From positions 1 to 29,779 of the forward strand of contig JBBSVU010000023.1 of assembly GCA_038046645.1 (NCBI GenBank): a DNA stretch of 29,779 nt. Reading direction: 5' to 3'. Every line of letters starts with the position of its first letter. Within the stretch, counting starts at the first letter, position 1. The notes under the pieces are model-generated. The model had not been told where the DNA came from, did no database searches, and worked only from the letters and a program-made list of their open reading frames with translations. Position numbers and translations under genes: made by a program. Of the stretch, positions 1 to 8,660 are shown piece after piece. This stretch comes from an archaeon (GTDB taxonomy: Archaea > Iainarchaeota > Iainarchaeia > Iainarchaeales > 0-14-0-20-34-12).

Positions 1-1
1 G

Positions 2-598
2 GAAAAGGAAAATTATAGTTTAGATACTGTTAAGCTGCAGACCGCTTTAGATGGAAAAACACTGACCTTTTACAGAAGTGTGGTAATGCCTATGGGAATC
101 CAGTTGGCAAAATATCTTCCAGAAGGGCAGGTAGGCGGAAAGTATGAAGCATTCTATAATTTAGTTGAAGGCGAGGACTCTAAAACAGCAATAGCTCAAA
201 CTGCTTGGTATACTGGGGCAACCCTTTTTGGTGAAGCTACTGGAAAGGTTTTAGCAACCCCAAGCACTGAAACAACCTGTGCTGCAAATGTTTCCGGTGC
301 ATATGGGTTTTCTCAAGATACTAAAAAGAGTTATTTTACAGCATTTGCTGTTCCCTATGTTAATATTGACAAGGTATTCCTAAAGAAGGTTTGCCCTGCA
401 GATGCAGGATTTAAGTCTTTGCAACCCTTTGTCCAGCAGATTGGGTTTAATTCTGCAGTTGATAGGGTAATTACTTTAGAAGACCTTATAACGGCAATAA
501 AGAATGAAAAAATCTGCATGGTAAAAGACCTTAGTTCAGAAACATATTCTTGGAATCCAGGAAGGCTTATTTTACAAATAAGTTACATAGGACAATAA
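2..598 (+). CDS. C-terminal part of a large putative surface protein, truncated by the window edge; paralog of the 5165..7174 C-terminus
   Basis: The frame is open from base 2 (EKENYSLDTVKLQTALDGKTLTFYRS...) to TAA at 596-598, so the GTG at 80 is probably not the start. The C-terminal motif TLEDLITAIKNEKIC...WNPGRL resembles SLDEVVTAVRSGRAC...WNEDML in the third ORF. Confidence 0.75.
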   Translation, partial: EKENYSLDTVKLQTALDGKTLTFYRSVVMPMGIQLAKYLPEGQVGGKYEAFYNLVEGEDSKTAIAQTAWYTGATLFGEATGKVLATPSTETTCAANVSGAYGFSQDTKKSYFTAFAVPYVNIDKVFLKKVCPADAGFKSLQPFVQQIGFNSAVDRVITLEDLITAIKNEKICMVKDLSSETYSWNPGRLILQISYIGQ

Positions 599-677
599 TA
601 AAAACAACCTAATTTGCTTTAATTATTTTATGCAGGATACTTTGGCCCAATTATTATCCACAAAGGATTCCAATATA

Positions 678-685
678 TTTATAAA
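678..685 (+). promoter_or_regulatory. Putative TATA box for the large surface protein gene
   Basis: TTTATAAA in the 599-750 intergenic region; the same ATATATTTATAAAT context occurs in front of abiEi. Confidence 0.45.
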
Positions 686-750
686 TATAAAAAACATATT
701 TCCTACTGATTATTTTAGGAATAGTAATACGTTAATTGAATTTGGTTAAT

Positions 751-3700
751 ATGGACTTTTCAGCAATAATTCAAAAAATAAAGGATTTCTATTATAAATA
801 TGAAGACAAATGGTATGATATCCTTGATAAAATAAATGAAAAGGTTCCTGTTTACAAGATAATAGAGCCAATAGACAAGGTATTTCCCAGCTTTATCCTG
901 TTTATCCTAATTGTTCTGCTGATTCTTTTCTCAATCATTTTTTTGCTTATTGCCCCGCTTTTGGTGCCGGCTTCCTTGGCTATAACTGTAAGTGTTTCTG
1001 ATTCTGATGGTCTGCCAATAAATTCTGCAGACGTTTCAGTAAAACTGGCTGATGACAATTCTATTCTTAATTCAGGCATTACTGACGAATTCGGTGAATT
1101 CAAGTTTGATATTGAGGCAGATGAAGTAGAAGTCATTATCTCTGTTGAAGCCATTGATTATGAAAAAAAAGAATTAAAGACAAGCGTTGCAAAAGGTGAA
1201 CTAGTTGAATTAACCTTGAAGAAAATTGGTGGTTTAGGTACAGGGCCAGCAGCATTAGGAGAAGCAGAGCTTTATACTATTAAGGTAGTGGATAAGCAAA
1301 CAAAATCAATCATAAGCAATAAGGACATTACTCTATCCTTAACCTGCGGTTCAGGTTCAATAAATCCTACCTATTTTGAAGAGAAATTTGGGGAATTTAA
1401 AGTAAACAAACCTAAGGAATGTACCCCGTTGTATGCTATTGCAAAGGCCGAAGGTTATGTAGATTCAACCAAGCAGGCAATAATAAAAAATCCCTATGTT
1501 ATTGAGCTTGCAAAAGGCTCATTGCAGGAAACAAAGGGGAAATTAAAAATAACTGTTTATGATGAAAAGAACAATACCTTGCCTGATGTTACTGTTGTTT
1601 TAGTGACAGAGGACAATACAGACGAAAAGGAGAAGGTAACAGATTTCTTTGGTTCTGTGCTGTTTGATGATTTATCGCCAGGAAAGTATAATATTTCGGC
1701 AACTCAGCAGAATGAAAAAGGCGTTGTAAGGACTGCTGAAAAAAGCGATGTTCAGGTTAATTCAGGAAAGGTTAATGAGGAATCCTTGGAATTTAAGGCA
1801 TTTGGCGATGGCTTGTATAAAATTGTTTTGAAAACAATTGACAAGGATAAAAAAGAAATTCCTAATGTCGGAATTACGCTTTACAAGAATGATGTGCAGC
1901 TTAAGGTGAATAATTCAAAAACTGGGTCTGATGGAAAATTCTCAATAAAGCTTGATGATGTTGATAAAAATGCAAACTTTAAAGCCCTGTTATTCAAGGA
2001 AAATTATATCCCCAAAGTAGTTACATTGAATGTTATTCCTAAGGATTCAGCAGATGTGCAGGAATTTGCCCTTGATGCTCATGATATAAATAACCCTTCA
2101 ACTTATGGGAAGGTTCAGGTTAAGGTTTTGGATGAAGACGGTTCCGCAGTCGAGGATGCTTTAGTAACTGTATTTGATGGCCCAACTGCAATTCCCTATT
2201 ATGCTAACGATACTGATGAATCTGGTTTGGTTTTGTTTGAGCCATTGCCTGCTGGCACATATTATGTCAAAGCAGAGAATGCAGAGCACAGTAAATTTGG
2301 AAAATCCGAAACAAAGGCATTAAGTTTAGGTGAAACACTTTATTTTGAAGTAAATATCATAACGGGAAAAGGTTCTATTTCTGTCCTTGTCCTTGATGCA
2401 AAAAATGGTTCAAAGATATCTGGGGCGTATGTTGAAGCATATAACATAATGCCAAATCCTGAAGAAGCGGATGCATTGATTGCAGTGTGCACAACAAAAC
2501 AGGATGGGAATTGTGCGATGAATAATCTAAGCACAGATTACCAAAATGTTTACATCAAGGTTTCAAAGGAAGAATATTATTCTTATATTGTTGGCGGATA
2601 TTACGGGAGTAACATAAAGATACTTGCAAATGACAACCTCTCTCTTACCGCTAAACTTTATGAAATTGAATCAGGCGATCCTAGCTCTGGTGTGATTGTT
2701 AAAGCAGAAAGCATTTACAAGGAAGCAGATTTAAAGCCAGGCTCTTTTGTTGATGTTGTTGGTTCTGATGCAGAAAAAGACCTTGATTATTATGCCTTAT
2801 TTAATATGTTTATTTATGAAGCAGAAGAGGATTCAAATACCGCTTATTTTAATGCAAGGGTTGGTGCAGAGGTTTCAGGTTTGGTGAATATTTCAGAGGA
2901 TGACCCAATTTATATTGATTCAGTAGAGCCGATAAAAGCCCCTTCTTTGAAAGCTGTTTCTGTAAGCAGCTGTGCTGACCTTTCAAATCCAAAAACAGAA
3001 ACATTATTCAAGATGCCAATATGCCCTTCCCAAACATTAGCTGGAAAATCTGCATTATTGGAAACTGCAAAATTGGCAAAAACAGTTGTTCCGGTTATTG
3101 TGCATTTTAGAGTCAGGAAAGGCGTTGAAGAAGGCACTACCATAACAATAATTTCAAATGCTAAAATAAATAATTATACCTCAGTCATTGATGCCCAGGC
3201 AGCAACAATAATAAAGCAGATAGGCAAACAAGCAACCCTGGATGAGCTAAAACAATTTTGCAATTCCCTTGTTCCACCGATTGAAATGCTCTGGCAGCAG
3301 ATTAGCTTAAGCAAGCCAACAGAAATAATTCCAGGAAATTTAAGTAGCATAACCCCTGAAGAAAGGTCGCTTGAGGATGTTGAGGATAATGCCTGGAAAT
3401 TTGGAACTCAGGATAATCCCCTGCTTAGCAAAACTGATTATTTTTTAGGCTATCAAATATTCAATTGCACAAATGAAAATAAGCAGAATATGAAATTCAT
3501 TATGGAAGCAGAAGGGCAGAAATTTACTATATCCATAGAAGATTCTGCAGCAAGCCCAAAACAGGAATTGAAAAATGTTGAGATTTCCAGCTATTCCTCA
3601 TTTAAAGAGCCTTCTGAAACATCAGTTAATTTCGATAAAGCAGGTGGTTATACACTTGATTTAAACCTCTTGGAAGGAAGCTCTACACTGATAAAGGCAA

Positions 3701-5163
3701 ATGCTGAATTTAGTGTTGCGGATTTGGCATTTTTAGGATTGAAAACCAACCTAGATTTCTTATTCCCTGACCAAAAGAATGAAATTACTGGCACAGTATT
3801 TGACAAGAAAAATAATTTAGCGGTAGCAAATGCAACTATTACCTTGAATAAAATCTATGCAGATCAGTCTGAAGAAATAGGCAGCACAACATCAGATGAA
3901 AAAGGAACATTTTCATTCACACTGGCAAAGCCAAAAATAAATGAAACCTATGTATTGACAGCATCAAAGAATGCCTTTATGCCATTTTCAAAAACGCTTA
4001 AGGTAATGTATCCAGGCAATTATTCAAAATTAAAGTGCGTAAAGGCAAAGGATTATGTGAAGGATACGCCTTTCCTGGTTCAATTACCTGACAATAAAGA
4101 ATTTTCATTTACTTTGGAAAATCAATGCACAGCTGACTTGAATGTTGAATTTATTGATACTGAATCTGAATTTTTATACAGCAAAAAGAAGATTGAGCTA
4201 AAGGCAGGGGAATCCGCTGAAATTACAATTACTGCGGAGATTAAAAAAATAACCCAAGGAATACATCCAATCTATGTGCTTGCATCAAATTCTTTTATGG
4301 CTAAAACGCCTGCTGGCTTAATAGAAACTATCGTTTTAATGCATGATTCCATATTTTCAATTGATTCGCCAAGTAATTTTACTTTTGATTTCAGCGAGGG
4401 TTTAATGAGCCAAAGTATTACTTCTGTTTTGCTGAATAAAAAGCCAGCTTACCAAAAAGTTACTTACGAACTTTTAGATAAATGGACCTTAGATTATTTT
4501 GCTGTTTCATTGTTGCCTAAAAAAGAAACTTTTGGGCAAATATTTTTCCCAAAAGCTGTGAATGAATCTGCTAATATTTTAGCAACATTGAGTGGAACCG
4601 CTTCATGCGATAATGATCCAGTTATTGTTAATCTTGCAAATTGGCAGAATGTTGGCATTGGCAATTATTCCCTTGATTTCGGCCCTGTTACATATCCTAT
4701 TACTATACCTTTAATGCAAAATATTTTGGATTTGAATAAGGAAGCGCAGATTAGCTGCATTGATTCTTTTTATTGTGGTGAAAGCATAGAAGGTTGCTAT
4801 GACTGTATGCAAGTTTTTTTAGATGAATGTGCACATGGTGAGCCAACGGATTTTTGTCTTGGTGGTTGCATATCTGAGTGCAATAATGATGCTATGTGTG
4901 GCAAGTCAGCATACTCTAGTTTGGATGAACAGGTAAATAACCTGAATTTGAACATAACCTCAGATAATCCTTCAGTGCATCCTTGGATTTCAAAGCAAGG
5001 TGATGGCATTTATCTTAATGCAGTAAGTGATTTACCGCCAACAGAGCTTAAGTTTACAGGAAATGCGCCAAAGGAAATTCCGTTTGACCTTTATTTGAAT
5101 CAGGAAATTAAAGGGGATGTTTATGTCAATTTAAAAGTAGCAGACATAATAAAGAGTGATTAA
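751..5163 (+). CDS. Large N-terminally membrane-anchored surface protein with about 7 carboxypeptidase-regulatory-like (prealbumin-fold/Ig-like) repeats
   Basis: 1475-aa ORF, ATG at 751 preferred over TTG at 736. One TM helix (FILFILIVLLILFSIIFLLIA) follows a short N-terminal domain. Repeated beta-sandwich units of the type V.V.D..G.....A.V....TD..G...F..L..G.Y...A. Many N-x-S/T sequons and a Cys-rich patch near the C-terminus. Confidence 0.85.
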   Translation: MDFSAIIQKIKDFYYKYEDKWYDILDKINEKVPVYKIIEPIDKVFPSFILFILIVLLILFSIIFLLIAPLLVPASLAITVSVSDSDGLPINSADVSVKLADDNSILNSGITDEFGEFKFDIEADEVEVIISVEAIDYEKKELKTSVAKGELVELTLKKIGGLGTGPAALGEAELYTIKVVDKQTKSIISNKDITLSLTCGSGSINPTYFEEKFGEFKVNKPKECTPLYAIAKAEGYVDSTKQAIIKNPYVIELAKGSLQETKGKLKITVYDEKNNTLPDVTVVLVTEDNTDEKEKVTDFFGSVLFDDLSPGKYNISATQQNEKGVVRTAEKSDVQVNSGKVNEESLEFKAFGDGLYKIVLKTIDKDKKEIPNVGITLYKNDVQLKVNNSKTGSDGKFSIKLDDVDKNANFKALLFKENYIPKVVTLNVIPKDSADVQEFALDAHDINNPSTYGKVQVKVLDEDGSAVEDALVTVFDGPTAIPYYANDTDESGLVLFEPLPAGTYYVKAENAEHSKFGKSETKALSLGETLYFEVNIITGKGSISVLVLDAKNGSKISGAYVEAYNIMPNPEEADALIAVCTTKQDGNCAMNNLSTDYQNVYIKVSKEEYYSYIVGGYYGSNIKILANDNLSLTAKLYEIESGDPSSGVIVKAESIYKEADLKPGSFVDVVGSDAEKDLDYYALFNMFIYEAEEDSNTAYFNARVGAEVSGLVNISEDDPIYIDSVEPIKAPSLKAVSVSSCADLSNPKTETLFKMPICPSQTLAGKSALLETAKLAKTVVPVIVHFRVRKGVEEGTTITIISNAKINNYTSVIDAQAATIIKQIGKQATLDELKQFCNSLVPPIEMLWQQISLSKPTEIIPGNLSSITPEERSLEDVEDNAWKFGTQDNPLLSKTDYFLGYQIFNCTNENKQNMKFIMEAEGQKFTISIEDSAASPKQELKNVEISSYSSFKEPSETSVNFDKAGGYTLDLNLLEGSSTLIKANAEFSVADLAFLGLKTNLDFLFPDQKNEITGTVFDKKNNLAVANATITLNKIYADQSEEIGSTTSDEKGTFSFTLAKPKINETYVLTASKNAFMPFSKTLKVMYPGNYSKLKCVKAKDYVKDTPFLVQLPDNKEFSFTLENQCTADLNVEFIDTESEFLYSKKKIELKAGESAEITITAEIKKITQGIHPIYVLASNSFMAKTPAGLIETIVLMHDSIFSIDSPSNFTFDFSEGLMSQSITSVLLNKKPAYQKVTYELLDKWTLDYFAVSLLPKKETFGQIFFPKAVNESANILATLSGTASCDNDPVIVNLANWQNVGIGNYSLDFGPVTYPITIPLMQNILDLNKEAQISCIDSFYCGESIEGCYDCMQVFLDECAHGEPTDFCLGGCISECNNDAMCGKSAYSSLDEQVNNLNLNITSDNPSVHPWISKQGDGIYLNAVSDLPPTELKFTGNAPKEIPFDLYLNQEIKGDVYVNLKVADIIKSD

Positions 5164-5164
5164 A

Positions 5165-7174
5165 ATGAATAAAAATATTTTATATCTGGCGATTGGCTTG
5201 TTTTTTATATTTATTTCACTAAATACATTTGCTGACTATTATAAGATGGCAGATTTTGAATTTACCCAAGTTAACGAAAGTGATTGCCCAAACATGGATG
5301 AATGCATCCAAATAACTGATTTGCAGGGCATTTATTTGTTTTCAAAATATACAGAAAAAAATCCATTGCTGATTTATTATGAAGAAGGGAAAGCTCCAAG
5401 TTATTCTTTAGATGCAACCCTGGTTAACCTAAAGCCAGAGGCTTTTGATTCATTGCCCTGCATTAGTGCATCAGACAAAGGTGAAGCCATAGCCCAGTTT
5501 GGCATTACATTAATCCTTGCATTCTTTGGTGCAATTATTAAGGTTTTGGTAAATGGAATATCCTTTAGTATAGCTTTACAAGAGACGTTGAATACAGCAG
5601 GCGGCACATGTCTTACCGGGACAGCTATTGAACCCTATGCCGTAGTTTCCAAAAACTTCACAGGTAAAATTATTGATTTATCCATTGTTGAAAAGATAAA
5701 ACAAAGTAACTCATTAGGGCTATCTTTTATCAAAAGCCCAAAAGAAAAGAATGATCCATATGAAGTCGCAATATTCAGCATTCCAGCAAAGGTAATTGCC
5801 TATAAATCAGAAAAATTCAAGCTTAAGCTTAAGGGCATTCCTCCATGTGAATCAGGCCCTGAGGCTATGCCAAACATAAAATATTCTTGGAAATGGGATG
5901 AGATTGGAAATGATTTTTGCACTTCAAATCCTTTACTTGCTGAAGAAGATTCCCATTACTGCGATTCAACTCAGCTTGCAATTGCTTTGCTGAAAAGGAT
6001 TAAGCAAATGGAAGAAGAATCTTCAATAGGATATTCTGATACCATATTACTTTTGAGGGATGCATTTTCTGATGATTTCTACAAAGACTTTTATAATTAT
6101 TATCTTAGTTCAAACCAATTCTTTGGAGGAGCACCGGAAGAATTTAATCCAATGCTTGAAGATTTGAAGAATGGTAATAATGCAGGCATAGTGATTGAAA
6201 AGAACCAGGTGCAATGCCTAAATCTAAATGCTGCAGGTGAGTATTCTTTAGCAATTGATAAAGCGCAGGCAGGCCAGCCTTACAAATATAAGGTAACATT
6301 GAATTGCACAATAGAAAAAACAGGTACAAATTTATTGGATATTGCAATTGATTCAGAATTAGGCTCAAGTGCTTATGATGGAGACGGAACAAGGATAGGC
6401 TATGGTTCAAATTTTGACGCAGCAAAAGAGAACCAGTCTGTCTGGATTAACCTAAAAAGCACGGTTGAGGAAGCTTTGGTAAAAGTGCCAACAGAAGGAA
6501 TTGCAGATAAGCAGGGAGTGAACAATATTCTGGCAGAGGTAGAAGCTCCTGAACCTGATGCTGTGCTTGATTTGCAAAGATACAAAACATTGCTTGACTT
6601 GAGTGCAAATCCGGAAGAAGGATATGATTACAAATTGAAATTATTCCAGAGCATGGCATTGCCAATAGCAGTCAAAATAAACCAAAAGGCAGCATATGAA
6701 TTGAGCACAAATAATGGTGTTTTATTCTCAAATGATGCTAAGTGCTGGACTTATTTATATGCCCAAGACTGTTCGGGTTCAGGAAAAATATGTGAGCAAG
6801 CAAAAGATGAAAATATCTGGGGTTCTGGTGGAAACATCTTAACAACACCTATTTCAGGATTTGTTTTATATGCCCCGTTTGATTTAAGGGATAACCTTGT
6901 TTTTAAGAAGAATGATGCAGAATCAGGGCAAAATGCAGTATTCAAAACCCCCTATAATGGGCAGAATCAATTTGGTTTTATTCCTAGCAATATGTCACGC
7001 TCCTTAGATGAGGTTGTAACAGCAGTAAGGTCAGGAAGGGCATGCATAATCGAGCCAGGTTCAGATAATGAATCAATTATCTGGAATGAGGATATGCTGC
7101 TTTCACAGCTTAAAGATGTAGCATCAGGCATGAAGCCAAGCAATTATGTGAAGTGCTATAATTTCAACCAATGA
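5165..7174 (+). CDS. Secreted Cys-containing surface protein of unknown function
   Basis: ATG at 5165 directly after the upstream stop, with GAGTGAT as RBS. Signal peptide MNKNILYLAIGLFFIFISLNTFA, an internal hydrophobic segment, a W.WDEI..DFC...YCDSTQLAIALLKRI block and a C-terminal domain shared with ORF 2..598. Confidence 0.8.
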   Translation: MNKNILYLAIGLFFIFISLNTFADYYKMADFEFTQVNESDCPNMDECIQITDLQGIYLFSKYTEKNPLLIYYEEGKAPSYSLDATLVNLKPEAFDSLPCISASDKGEAIAQFGITLILAFFGAIIKVLVNGISFSIALQETLNTAGGTCLTGTAIEPYAVVSKNFTGKIIDLSIVEKIKQSNSLGLSFIKSPKEKNDPYEVAIFSIPAKVIAYKSEKFKLKLKGIPPCESGPEAMPNIKYSWKWDEIGNDFCTSNPLLAEEDSHYCDSTQLAIALLKRIKQMEEESSIGYSDTILLLRDAFSDDFYKDFYNYYLSSNQFFGGAPEEFNPMLEDLKNGNNAGIVIEKNQVQCLNLNAAGEYSLAIDKAQAGQPYKYKVTLNCTIEKTGTNLLDIAIDSELGSSAYDGDGTRIGYGSNFDAAKENQSVWINLKSTVEEALVKVPTEGIADKQGVNNILAEVEAPEPDAVLDLQRYKTLLDLSANPEEGYDYKLKLFQSMALPIAVKINQKAAYELSTNNGVLFSNDAKCWTYLYAQDCSGSGKICEQAKDENIWGSGGNILTTPISGFVLYAPFDLRDNLVFKKNDAESGQNAVFKTPYNGQNQFGFIPSNMSRSLDEVVTAVRSGRACIIEPGSDNESIIWNEDMLLSQLKDVASGMKPSNYVKCYNFNQ

Positions 7175-7226
7175 TTGCCAAGCATTCTGAAGTAGTCAAT
7201 ATCTTTTTTTGCTAATTTCATCAAAT

Positions 7227-7256
7227 GCAATAGTTATCAAAAATGATAACTATTGC
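7227..7256. promoter_or_regulatory. Perfect 13-bp inverted repeat, probable AbiEi autorepression operator
   Basis: GCAATAGTTATCA-AAAA-TGATAACTATTGC, 7 nt upstream of TATA box TTTATAAA (7264-7271). AbiEi antitoxins are known to bind inverted repeats in their own promoter. Confidence 0.7.
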
Positions 7257-7263
7257 GCATATA

Positions 7264-7271
7264 TTTATAAA
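7264..7271 (+). promoter_or_regulatory. TATA box of the abiE operon (probably a leaderless transcript)
   Basis: TTTATAAA ends 22 nt before ATG 7294, the spacing expected for a leaderless archaeal mRNA. Confidence 0.65.
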
Positions 7272-7293
7272 TGGTTTTATTTAGTATTCTAAT

Positions 7294-7872
7294 ATGGTAA
7301 ATGCTATTGAGTTACTTAAAGAACTTGATGTTTATCCAGTGTTTGATGTGAACATAGTTTCAGCATTAACCGGCAAAAGCACACAATATTCCAAGTTGCT
7401 GCTTAATCGGCTGAAAAATAAAAAATACCTGTTTCATTTAGGGAGAAATAAATATACTATGAGAACCGATCCTTTTGTTTTTGCTAGCCGAATTTATTGG
7501 CCTTCTTATATCTCTACCTGGAGTGCTATTCGATATTATAATATAAGTGAGCATCTTCCTCAAGCAATAGATATTGTAACGGCAAGAAGACCAAGAAAAA
7601 AAACAATAAAATTTATGAATTCAACAATTAATTTCGTGAGCGTGAAACCAAAAGTAATGTTCGCATACAAGAAAATCACTATTGGGGGATCGGAAATTTT
7701 CATTGCAGAATTGGAAAAAGCAATTGCTGATGGAGTAGCATTTAAGCGCATTTCAATGTCTGAAGGAATAGATTTATGCAGGAATAAAAAAGTTGATTCA
7801 AATAAAGTAAAGCGTTATTTGTCCATTATTGGAAATAGGTCTCTTAAGCATAAAATTGATATTTTATTTTAA
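7294..7872 (+). CDS. abiEi: Type IV toxin-antitoxin AbiEi-family antitoxin / transcriptional regulator
   Basis: N-terminal wHTH-like region (LLNRLKNKKYLFHLGRNKY), PSYISTWSAIRYYNISEHLP..I.IVT and IAELEKAIAD motifs; lies directly upstream of abiEii. Confidence 0.85.
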   Translation: MVNAIELLKELDVYPVFDVNIVSALTGKSTQYSKLLLNRLKNKKYLFHLGRNKYTMRTDPFVFASRIYWPSYISTWSAIRYYNISEHLPQAIDIVTARRPRKKTIKFMNSTINFVSVKPKVMFAYKKITIGGSEIFIAELEKAIADGVAFKRISMSEGIDLCRNKKVDSNKVKRYLSIIGNRSLKHKIDILF

Positions 7873-7889
7873 GGAATTGGTTGATTAAT

Positions 7890-8657
7890 ATGATTGCTAG
7901 AAATCAGTTAGCAAAAATAGCAGAAGCAAAAAAATTGACATTAAAAAATGCAGAAAAAGATTATTTGCAAGAACTTATTTTGTTTAATTTGTATGGGGAA
8001 GTAGGTAATAGGTTAATATTTAAAGGAGGTACAGCACTTTACAAAACCCAGGGATTGAATAGGTTTAGTGAGGATTTGGATTTTACCCAGATGGCAAAAC
8101 GATTGGATATTCAATCTATTTTATTGAAGATATTGAAATCTTTAGCCCTTTTAGGAATAGAAGGCAAAATTAAAGAACTCAAAGAATTTTCGAATGAATT
8201 AAATGTGAGATTAACCTTTAAGGGGCCATTATATGCCGGTAATCCAAATAGTTTAGCTTTTATCTCTTTAAATATTAGCAAGAGAGAAAGGGTCTTATCT
8301 GATGTAGATAAAATGTTGATTGTAACAAGTTATCCTGAGATTGTTTCATTCGGGGTATTTGCCATGAATTGCGAGGAGATTTTGGCAGAGAAAATCCGCG
8401 CAATATTAACTAGGGATAAGGCAAGGGATATCTATGATCTGTGGTTTTTATTGAAAAAAGGAGTAAAATTGAATCAGAACCTAGTTTTGAGAAAGCTTAA
8501 GAAAAAGGATATTGAATTTACTATGGAGTTACTCTTTAACGAAATTGATTTAAAGAAACAACAATGGGACGCTGATTTAAAGCCGTTTATAATAGGAGAA
8601 CTCCCAAAATTTGAATCGGTTTTTCTAGAACTTAAGCAAAAGTTGTTTTTTTCTTAA
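7890..8657 (+). CDS. abiEii: Nucleotidyltransferase toxin, AbiEii/AbiGii family
   Basis: Hallmark motifs EKDY, FKGGTAL, RFSEDLDF, EKIRA and RDIYD all intact; ATG 7890 preferred over TTG 7881. Confidence 0.93.
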   Translation: MIARNQLAKIAEAKKLTLKNAEKDYLQELILFNLYGEVGNRLIFKGGTALYKTQGLNRFSEDLDFTQMAKRLDIQSILLKILKSLALLGIEGKIKELKEFSNELNVRLTFKGPLYAGNPNSLAFISLNISKRERVLSDVDKMLIVTSYPEIVSFGVFAMNCEEILAEKIRAILTRDKARDIYDLWFLLKKGVKLNQNLVLRKLKKKDIEFTMELLFNEIDLKKQQWDADLKPFIIGELPKFESVFLELKQKLFFS

Positions 8658-8660
8658 AAA

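Noticed and set aside
7175..8660. AbiE cassette as part of an integrated element or provirus
   Set aside because: No integrase, transposase, att-like direct repeats or viral genes are visible.
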